Positions 28,219 through 36,700 of a stretch of DNA of 64,000 nt are shown here, piece after piece. The number at the start of each line of letters is the position of its first letter. Position 1 is the stretch's first letter. The position numbers and the translations under genes were made by a program. Under the pieces are notes generated by a model. The model worked only from the letters and a program-made list of their open reading frames with translations. It did no database searches and had not been told where the DNA came from. The stretch comes from Elusimicrobiota bacterium. Lineage in GTDB: Bacteria > Elusimicrobiota > Elusimicrobia > F11. The stretch covers positions 320,001 to 384,000 of the forward strand of contig JBGAON010000001.1 of assembly GCA_044221725.1 (NCBI GenBank), read 5' to 3'.

Positions 28219-30060
28219 ATGGCTACAAAAGATCGCGCCGTTGTCTGGATAGGTGGAGCTGCAGGTGAAGGTATTGCTTCCACCGGAGATATTTTCTGTA
28301 AGACCGCTTCCCGCATGGGTTTGTGGGTATTCGCCTACAATAGTTATCAGTCGGTAATTCGTGGCGGCCACGTCTATTACCAGGTTCAAATTGGTGGTGG
28401 AGACAAAGTTCTCTCGCAAGGCGACGAACCCGATGTGCTCGTAGCGCTGAACCAAGACACGATTGATCGGCACGCAGGAAAGGTTCTTGAAGGCGGCGCC
28501 ATTATCTTTAATAAGGACAAGATCAAAGTTGAAGGCCTCAAAATCCGCAAGAACGTTCAAATTATCGCCATCCCCGTAGAAGAACTCACCAAAGAATTCG
28601 GTCGCAACCCTGTCATGCAAAACACCGTCGACTCCGGCGCGCTCGCGTATGTGTTGGGAATGGATTGGGCCACTTACGAAGGGGCGATCAAATCCATTTT
28701 CGGTTCGAAGAAAAGCGAAATTGCCGACCAGAACATCAAAGTGGCGCTCAAAGGCGCGGAATTCGCGAAAGCCAACTTCAAACCTCTCGATATTAAACTC
28801 AAAGGCGATAGCAAAAAGCGCGCCATTGCTACTGGCAACGCGATGATCGCGTTCGGCGCATTGACCGGCGGTTGCAAATTCTACAGCGCGTACCCAATGA
28901 CGCCAGCGTCGTCGATCATGCATTGGCTCGCGCCGCGCGGTGCCAAGTACGGACTTGTTATGAAACAAATGGAAGACGAAATTGCTGCAATGGCTTCCAC
29001 GGTTGGCGCTGGCCATGTCGGCTGCCGTTCAATGACCGGAACTTCGGGCGGCGGGTTCGCTTTGATGACCGAAGCCATTGGTCTTGCAGCAATGACCGAA
29101 ACACCGTGTGTTGTTGCGCATGTCATGCGTGGTGGCCCGTCCACCGGTCTTCCGACCAAAACCGAACAAGCCGACCTCTTCCAAGATATCGGCGCTGGTC
29201 AAGGCGATTATCCGAAAGCCATTATCGCTCCCATTACCGTTGATGATTGCTATCACGCGACCATTGAAGCGTTGAACCTCTCCGAAAAATATCAAACCCC
29301 TGTCATTATCGCCTCCGACCTTTTCCTTTCCGAACACGCCGAAACCATTGACGACGGACTTGTTAACCCGAACATCAAAATTGAACGCGGCGAAATTGTG
29401 ACCTCGTGGAAAGCGTCGGACCCGTCGAAAACAGACAAAGATGCCTGGTACGTTGAGAAAAACGCGGACGACTATTTGCGCTTCAAAGACACGCCGAGCG
29501 GTGTTTCGCCGCGCGCGTTGCCGGGCACGGAGAATACGCTCTTCGTTGCGGCGTCGGACGAACATGATGAAGAAGGGATCGTTATCTCGGACGTGTTCAC
29601 GGACGAAAAGATCCGCATCAAAATGATGAACAAGCGCATGCGCAAAATGATCGGTATTGAGAAAGACACGAAAGGCCCGATCGTGACCGGCGCAAAGAAC
29701 GCGGACGTGACGCTGGTGGGTTGGGGCTCCACGTTCCAGATCATCGAAGAAGTGCGCCTCGCGCTCGAGAAGAAAGGCAAATCCGTTAACCACATCCACT
29801 TCCGCACCGTGTGGCCAATTCATGCTGATGAAACCTCGAAGTTGCTCAATGCGGCCAAGAAAACCATCAACATCGAAGTGAATTTTACGAGCCAGATGGC
29901 AAAGATCATTCGCATGGAAACGGGTTATCAAATGCACCATTTCATCAATAAATATGACGGTGAGCCTTACACGTTGGAAGGGCTCTTGAAAGAAGTTGAG
30001 AATTGCATGAGCAGCAAAGCCACCAACAACAAAGTGGCCGAGCTTGCCGGCACAAGGTAA
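28219..30060 (+). CDS. korA: 2-oxoacid:ferredoxin oxidoreductase alpha (gamma-alpha fusion)
   Basis: GGAAGEGI, IRGG, YPMTPAS, EDEIAA, TSGGG, RGGPSTGLPT. Confidence 0.92.
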   Translation: MATKDRAVVWIGGAAGEGIASTGDIFCKTASRMGLWVFAYNSYQSVIRGGHVYYQVQIGGGDKVLSQGDEPDVLVALNQDTIDRHAGKVLEGGAIIFNKDKIKVEGLKIRKNVQIIAIPVEELTKEFGRNPVMQNTVDSGALAYVLGMDWATYEGAIKSIFGSKKSEIADQNIKVALKGAEFAKANFKPLDIKLKGDSKKRAIATGNAMIAFGALTGGCKFYSAYPMTPASSIMHWLAPRGAKYGLVMKQMEDEIAAMASTVGAGHVGCRSMTGTSGGGFALMTEAIGLAAMTETPCVVAHVMRGGPSTGLPTKTEQADLFQDIGAGQGDYPKAIIAPITVDDCYHATIEALNLSEKYQTPVIIASDLFLSEHAETIDDGLVNPNIKIERGEIVTSWKASDPSKTDKDAWYVEKNADDYLRFKDTPSGVSPRALPGTENTLFVAASDEHDEEGIVISDVFTDEKIRIKMMNKRMRKMIGIEKDTKGPIVTGAKNADVTLVGWGSTFQIIEEVRLALEKKGKSVNHIHFRTVWPIHADETSKLLNAAKKTINIEVNFTSQMAKIIRMETGYQMHHFINKYDGEPYTLEGLLKEVENCMSSKATNNKVAELAGTR

Positions 30061-30071
30061 GGAGAATTTCT

Positions 30072-30959
30072 ATGACCGAAGCGACAGCAACAGCAACAAC
30101 GCCTCTCGCGGAATTCCGCTCGAAAGTGGCACCCGACTGGTGCCCAGGTTGCGGCGACTATGGCGTGCTCAGCGCACTGCAGAAAGCGGCATCCAATTGC
30201 AACATTCAGCCGAAAGATTTGATGGTTGTATCCGGGATCGGATGCTCGTCGAACTTGCCGGGATTCATTCGCTCCTACGGTTTCCATAGTCTTCATGGCC
30301 GCGGAGTCGCGGTGGCAACCGGAATGAAACTTGGAAATCCGGATCTCAACGTTGTCGCGACGGGCGGCGACGGTGACGGTTTCGGCATCGGCGTCGGACA
30401 CTTCATCCACGCGATGCGCCGCAACGTGAACATCACCTACATCGTGATGAACAACCAAATCTATGGTTTGACCACGGGGCAAGCATCGCCGACCACGTCG
30501 CGCATGCACAAAACGAAATCCACACCAAACGGGAACCTTGAGTTTCCGTTCAACCCAGAAGGCGTCGCGCTTATGGCCGGTGCCTCGTTCGTGTCGCGCG
30601 GTTTCTCGGGTGACGGTGCGGGTCTCGCAAAAATTATGGAACGCGCCATCAAACACAAAGGTTTTTCGCTCGTTGTCGTGATGAGCCCGTGCGTAACGTA
30701 CAACAAATTGAACACGTACTCCTGGTTCCGTGACAAGGTGTATAAACTCGAAGATGAAGGTCACGATGTGAACAACTTCGAATTGGCGCTGAAAAAATCG
30801 ATGGAATGGGAAAATCGTATTCCGCTCGGCGTGTTTTACGAAACCGACAAGCCGGTCTACGAAGAATCCGAACCGGCGTACGAATTCGGCGCACCATCCA
30901 AACAAAAACTCGGACTCAAATCCGAAGACTGGAACGTCCTCTACGACAGCTTCCGGTAA
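30072..30959 (+). CDS. korB: 2-oxoacid:ferredoxin oxidoreductase beta
   Basis: WCPGCG, SGIGCS, HGR, GGDGD, YGLTTGQASPT. Confidence 0.93.
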   Translation: MTEATATATTPLAEFRSKVAPDWCPGCGDYGVLSALQKAASNCNIQPKDLMVVSGIGCSSNLPGFIRSYGFHSLHGRGVAVATGMKLGNPDLNVVATGGDGDGFGIGVGHFIHAMRRNVNITYIVMNNQIYGLTTGQASPTTSRMHKTKSTPNGNLEFPFNPEGVALMAGASFVSRGFSGDGAGLAKIMERAIKHKGFSLVVVMSPCVTYNKLNTYSWFRDKVYKLEDEGHDVNNFELALKKSMEWENRIPLGVFYETDKPVYEESEPAYEFGAPSKQKLGLKSEDWNVLYDSFR

Positions 30960-30980
30960 ATCAAACACTTAAAAACAGAT

Positions 30981-31023
30981 GAAGACCCAGTTTCGCTAAC
31001 ACGGAGCTGGGTCTTTTCTTTTT
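30981..31023 (+). terminator. Intrinsic terminator
   Basis: AAGACCCAGTTTCG/CGGAGCTGGGTCTT stem followed by TTCTTTTT. Confidence 0.75.
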
Positions 31024-31587
31024 ATGGCGAAACATAAATATTTCCCTTCCGCTCTTAATGTGTGTGACAAAGAATGTCTCGTGATTGGTGACGACCGCGA
31101 AGCCAACGAAAAATCTCAGCGGTTGCGCGATGCGGGAGCGCGCGTGACCGTTGTGGCACCGAAGGATTTCAATCTGTCCCAAATCAAAGATCAATTTCTC
31201 GTGATCTTTTGCCCAAAGACCGATGCTGAGCTCACGAGAAAAGTGGCTGCGGCATGTCGCCAAAAGCGAGTGCTGCTGTGTGCGATTGACCAGCCCGCGT
31301 ACTGCGATGTGGTAAATGTCTCTGTATTTGATAAAGGAAGACTGCGCGTCACGATTGGAACGGGCGGAGCCGCGCCGGCGGTGGCGCGGAAAATTCGTGA
31401 AGGGTTGGAAGCATCCCTCAAAGATGTGCCGCTTGAAGATTTTCTCGATGATTTGGCGGCGCTTCGCGAACGGTTGGAAAAAGAGATACCCAATCCTCCC
31501 GACCGAATTCCAAAATTACTAGAAGCAGCCGAGGGATTTGAATTTCGGGCCAGCGTGACGCTGCCCGCAAAATGGAGCAACAAATGA
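31024..31587 (+). CDS. Precorrin-2 dehydrogenase/ferrochelatase-like protein (SirC/CysG-N), degenerate NAD motif
   Basis: YFP..L, CLVIG, AGA.VTVVAP, D.P..CD, I.TGGAAP.VARKIR. Confidence 0.78.
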   Translation: MAKHKYFPSALNVCDKECLVIGDDREANEKSQRLRDAGARVTVVAPKDFNLSQIKDQFLVIFCPKTDAELTRKVAAACRQKRVLLCAIDQPAYCDVVNVSVFDKGRLRVTIGTGGAAPAVARKIREGLEASLKDVPLEDFLDDLAALRERLEKEIPNPPDRIPKLLEAAEGFEFRASVTLPAKWSNK

Positions 31588-32381
31588 CGAAGTCTCGCAT
31601 CGGTTTTTGGTTGTGTTTGATGGTCGCCACCGTGGCACACGCCTCGAACATAGCGCTCGTATATGAAAACGAAGCGGCTGTTAAACAAGGGAAAGCGACG
31701 ATCGGCACGGTCGTTTCGGACGGAGTGCTCACATCCGCCCAATTCGCGCTTTCGGCCAGCAAAACAATTTTGATCGCGCCAGCCGGGCAAGATTTGCGCC
31801 GCGGCGTTCTCGTGCGACTCGATAACGATCTTGATCTCGCGGTGCTCCGCCTCGGTGATCTTGTCACCGATCCTATTCTTCAAGAAGCGAATCGAAAAAA
31901 GTCGGAAGCGGTTCTTGCGTTCGCGCCGGCGGGTGTCGCGGCCGCCAACGCGGACGGGACCACATCGTCGCTCTTGCCCGTTGAGCCCTTGAAGGGCGAA
32001 GGCTGGGTTCTCAAAATCAACGACCAAGTGCCCGGCCGTGAACCGATTGAACTTAAGTCCGCGCTCAGCAAGTCGCAATTCAAAGTTGAGCTCGTCTATA
32101 TGAGCACGACGCCCGTGTGGGGATTTTCTTTCAAGCTCATGTCCAGTCCAAAGCTTTCGTTCTGGAAACAAGGTCGGCAGACGACGCTGAACGAAGTGCC
32201 GAAACCTATTTTCATTTACGACCACCAAGCGCTGTTCAGCCCGCTTAAAGGCGGAAAGTCCGTTGTGTTGCCGATGGAAGCGCATTTCATCGACGAAAAG
32301 AAGGAATACAATTTGACGTTCGAAATCACGTCCAAAAAAGCCGAAAAATTCTCGCAGACCGTGCGAGTAATATTTAAATAA
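31584..32381 (+). CDS. Secreted hypothetical protein
   Basis: Signal peptide (VAHA); ATGA-coupled to the upstream gene. Confidence 0.65.
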   Translation: MTKSRIGFWLCLMVATVAHASNIALVYENEAAVKQGKATIGTVVSDGVLTSAQFALSASKTILIAPAGQDLRRGVLVRLDNDLDLAVLRLGDLVTDPILQEANRKKSEAVLAFAPAGVAAANADGTTSSLLPVEPLKGEGWVLKINDQVPGREPIELKSALSKSQFKVELVYMSTTPVWGFSFKLMSSPKLSFWKQGRQTTLNEVPKPIFIYDHQALFSPLKGGKSVVLPMEAHFIDEKKEYNLTFEITSKKAEKFSQTVRVIFK

Positions 32382-32414
32382 GGCCCGTTCGTTAACTTAG
32401 GGCGAGGAGTCTTC

Positions 32415-33362
32415 ATGTCACGAAAGAAAGTAACTGTTGTTGGTGCTGGGAATGTCGGAGCGTCATTGGCGCAGGCCGTTGCGCTTACAAATTTGGCGGA
32501 CGTTGTTCTTATCGATATTCCGGAGACCGGTGGTATGCCGGCCGGAAAAGGTTTGGACTTGCTTGAAGCGGGAACGGTGTATGGTTACAGCACTCACATT
32601 TCCGGCGGAACGGATTGGGCGCTTGTGAAAAATTCGGACATCGTGGTGGTCACGGCGGGCGTGCCACGCAAGCCCGGAATGTCACGCGATGATCTTTTAG
32701 CGATCAACGCGAAGATCGTTGGTGAAGTGGGAAAAAAGATTAAGGCAAACGCGCCAAACGCGCTCGTCATTGTGGTGTCAAATCCTCTGGATGCAATGTG
32801 CACGGTGTTGCAGCGCGCCACCGGTTTCCCACGCGAACGCGTGCTCGGAATGGCCGGTGTGCTCGATTCCGCTCGCATGAAGGCGTTTATTGCCGAAGAA
32901 TTGGAAGTGTCCGTCGAGAATGTGGATGGCTTCGTGCTGGGGGGGCACGGTGACACAATGGTGCCACTGCCGCGTTTCACAACGGTGTCGGGAATCCCCT
33001 TGTCCGAGTTTCTTCCGAAGGAACGTGTGGACGCGATTATGCAGCGCACCCGCGATGGCGGTGCTGAGATTGTGAAGCTTCTTGAGAAAGGGTCGGCATT
33101 TTACGCACCGGCCGCATCCGTATGCGAAATGATCGAAGCCATTCTTCTCGATAAGAAAAAAATTCTCCCCTGCGCCGTTTTGTTAAACGGCGAGTACGGC
33201 GTGAAAGGGCTTTTTGTGGGTGTGCTGGCAAAGCTGGGCTCAAACGGTATGGAGGGTGTGATTAACCTCAAGCTTAACGCCGAAGAGGAAGCGGGTTTTC
33301 GTAAATCGGTCAAAGCCGTCGAGGAATTGGTGGCCGCGGTTGACAAGATGGCGCTCGTCTAG
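32415..33362 (+). CDS. mdh: Malate dehydrogenase (LDH-like)
   Basis: [38 protein letters not shown]. Confidence 0.95.
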   Translation: MSRKKVTVVGAGNVGASLAQAVALTNLADVVLIDIPETGGMPAGKGLDLLEAGTVYGYSTHISGGTDWALVKNSDIVVVTAGVPRKPGMSRDDLLAINAKIVGEVGKKIKANAPNALVIVVSNPLDAMCTVLQRATGFPRERVLGMAGVLDSARMKAFIAEELEVSVENVDGFVLGGHGDTMVPLPRFTTVSGIPLSEFLPKERVDAIMQRTRDGGAEIVKLLEKGSAFYAPAASVCEMIEAILLDKKKILPCAVLLNGEYGVKGLFVGVLAKLGSNGMEGVINLKLNAEEEAGFRKSVKAVEELVAAVDKMALV

Positions 33363-33396
33363 CCGAACTCAGCCCCGCCAGATTCGTAAAACGGAT

Positions 33397-33708
33397 ATGG
33401 CGAATGAAAATAAGGCTTTGGCCGCCAACGAGATCGGCAAGCGTTTGAAAGATTTGCCGCAGTGGAGCGAGGCGGAAGATTCGCTCGTGCGGGGACAGAA
33501 ATTCAATTCCTACCGAGACGCACTGGACTTCGTATACGCGGTCGGGAAGGCCGCTGACAAGAACGATCACCACCCCGACATGCGTATCGATTACAAAACT
33601 GTCGAAGTGCGTTTCTCAACGCACTCGGCGGGCGGAATCACCGCGTTGGACTTCAAAATGGCCGCTGCGGTCGAAGCGTTGATCCCAAAATTTCTGAAGC
33701 GGTCGTAA
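33397..33708 (+). CDS. Pterin-4a-carbinolamine dehydratase
   Basis: DHHPD and THSAGGIT.LD. Confidence 0.9.
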   Translation: MANENKALAANEIGKRLKDLPQWSEAEDSLVRGQKFNSYRDALDFVYAVGKAADKNDHHPDMRIDYKTVEVRFSTHSAGGITALDFKMAAAVEALIPKFLKRS

Positions 33709-33785
33709 CAATTTTATTTCGGTGCTGTTACCGAAGGTTTACATCTTCTTAAGACCAACTTAAGCCGGTTGTCGTTTAATTGGCT

Positions 33786-36700
33786 ATGAGACCACCCCTT
33801 CTCAAGGCCGTTGCCACGCCTCTCTCTGTTGTTGTTCTCGCCACAAATTGCCTGTTCGCGCACTCCGTCGAAGTAAATTTTTGGACCGAAAGGCGCACCA
33901 CCTCGCCAACGTCGATTTCTGCACGTGGAGGTGAAATCCCCGCAAGACCTGGCCTCTGGGGGATTTCTCAATTTGGCACCGTCCGTAAGATCTTAAAACC
34001 AAGAGGCGTTTCGAAAGGAACGGTTCTGCACATCCAAGACATTCATCGAAATCGCGAAGCACAAACGGCTATTTCCAAAGCCGTTCAACAATTAATTAAC
34101 AGCGACTCCATTGATCTCATCGCACTGGAGGGCGCTTTCGGCCCCATCGACCTTTCGTTGTTTCGAAAATTTCCCTCTAGAAATTCGGTGAAGATTGTTG
34201 CCGATTATTTGTTCCGCGAAAATCAAATCGCGGGCGCCATTTTTGCTGCCATCACGAGTGACCGCGGAGGGCCCGCGCTAATCGGTGTCGACGCGCCCTC
34301 CCCTTACGCAGCGAACGTGAATGCGTACAAGCAAGCAAAGCCTTTTGTTCGATCGCGAAAAGAAGAAATTGAGCGGTCCGCGGAGAAAATTGCGGTCGAC
34401 AAGAAGCGTCTGTTTAACTCGAAACTGTCGACATTCGATGCGGATGTTCAGCGCTTTCGCAGCGGCGAATTATCGTGGGGCTACTACGTTCGGCATTTGT
34501 GCGCGTACTCCGGCGCCATCCCCGACGACGTTCAAGGTTTTTTGTCGGCGCTCAACATGGAATCTCAGATTGATTATGCGGGCATGGAATCGGAACGGAC
34601 CGCGCTCTTAAACAAACTCGTCGGTCATCTCACCGACAAGCAAAAGGCGGAATTGCTGAACGCGAGCGCCGCCTATCGGGCGGGGCAGCTCGGCCATTCT
34701 GATTTTTATCTTTATCTAAAACGACTGTCTGTTAAGCGTGGGATTTCGTTGGCAGCGTACCCGGTCTTTAACCGTTACGTTCGTTACGCACGGCTGGCTG
34801 ACAGCGTCGATGCCGAAAAGGTTCTCGAAGAAACGACCGCCATGGAAAAAGCGATTTATTCCCGGCTGGCGGTTACCGATGCGGAGAAACGGCTCGTTCA
34901 AAAATCGCGCGAGCTTTATTTGATCCGCAAACTTGTGGAATTTGCGCTGACGAAAAGGGAGTGGGAGGAACTAAAGCTGTCGCCCTGGAACGCCTTAATC
35001 CAGGGCCCACTTTCTTCCGCGAAAATGACGGATCTGCAGCCTTTCGCAGAATTTTACAAGCAAGCCGAGCTTCGCGATGAAGCAATGGCCAGCAATTTTT
35101 TAAATTGTCTCCGATGTACGAAGCACCCCGTACGAAGTGCCTTTGTCCTGATTACGGGTGGCTTCCACTCCACAGGCATTGACCAACGACTTGTTGATGC
35201 GGGTTACACGATCGTTGCCTTTGTTCCGAAAATTTCGAAGGTCGAATCCTCGGGTGGCACAAGTTATCTGACGGTATTCGCCCAAGAAAAAACGCCGCTC
35301 GAAAAATTGTTTGCGGGCGAAAAGCTTTTTGTGAGTCCTCCCGTGGTTCCGAAAAATCTTTTTCCCGCAAAGATAATGCTGGATCAGCATGTGTCTTTGT
35401 TGCGAACAAAGTGGGAAGGCAACGACGAGCGAACCGTGACCACGCGGGCCCGCGGCTTTGGTTTGACCACCACCTTCGCACGGAACAAAATTGTTTCCTC
35501 GAGAATCGTCTTGGCAAATGAGCCTGTGCCGGCCGGCACCGCGACCGGCCATGCGTTTGGAAATGCGGGCCGGTGGTACGGTCTCCGCGGCTTCTTGCTG
35601 GGGGGCTTTGTGAACGCGTTGTTTGCCTTCTTTGTGATGTATCCGTACGGGGATTTTTCAAACGTGTACGTGCGGGGGGGAATCGCCGCGGTGGCTCTTT
35701 TCGGCGGTGTTTATGGCGTCGTTGGTTTTCGGTCAATCTTTAATACCTACGGGAACGAACTTGTCGGTTACCATCTAATGGCGCGCACCCGAAAGATTGC
35801 GGTGGAAAAAGCAGCGCGCTTGGGTTTGTCACGACCGGAAAACGTTCTCTATATTCCGCTGCTCAAAACGCATATTTGGCTCAACCGAAAGTTTGATCGC
35901 AGTCGTGGAATTCAGCGTTGGATTGCGAATCCCATGATTCTTTCCCATGAGATATTCCCGTATCACACCTTCGGCATGATCGGCATGGTCTTCCTGCCCC
36001 TCACATTGTTGGTTCAAGCGATCTGGGTATGGAACAACGAATGGGTCACACATCCGCTCGAGCGGCAGAAACTTCTTGATCAAGAAATTCGGCATTTCGT
36101 GCGCATGACCGGAATCGCTGACGGAGATGCGAACGCCTTGATTCGCGATCTTCGCAAACGAACCATTGTGGTTCAGAGCCGAGGGGAAGCGTTTTGGCGA
36201 ATGTTGGTATCAAACACCATTTTTTTTGTTCCGCTCGTCGGTGCGCTCACGACGGTACTAATTTTTTATCAACAACCGATCGAGATGGTGGTGTTCCCGG
36301 CTATGTTCGGAGCTCTAATGATTATCGTTTTATCGGCTTCCTCTGCGTTCGGAGAATTTCTTGGTGTTGCATTGCCGTTTTTGAACCTCATCTTGATTAT
36401 GGATGAACAGATGCACAGCGATCACCTTCGTGGAGAAGTTATTTTTCACGAGTTGACGCACCATGTTTTCCCCGATTGGCGTACCGGCCGGGAATCGGTC
36501 GCGTATGCGGCTTCCTATATGGAAACGCTTCGGCGTGTGGAGCGGGGATACTCCGAGCAGACCGATACCGAGCTTGAGCGGATTCGTCGCGATATAAGTT
36601 CCGCGCCGCTGGACCAGTTGGTCAAGCGATACAAAAAAAAGGCCATTTTTACGGTCGCCCAAGATTCGCTCCGTGGCGATCATTTTGTTGAAGATACGAT

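Noticed and set aside
28159..32285. Long antisense ORFs (285, 303, 333 and 364 aa) opposite korAB and neighbours
   Set aside because: Shadow frames of codon-biased genes with no recognisable motifs
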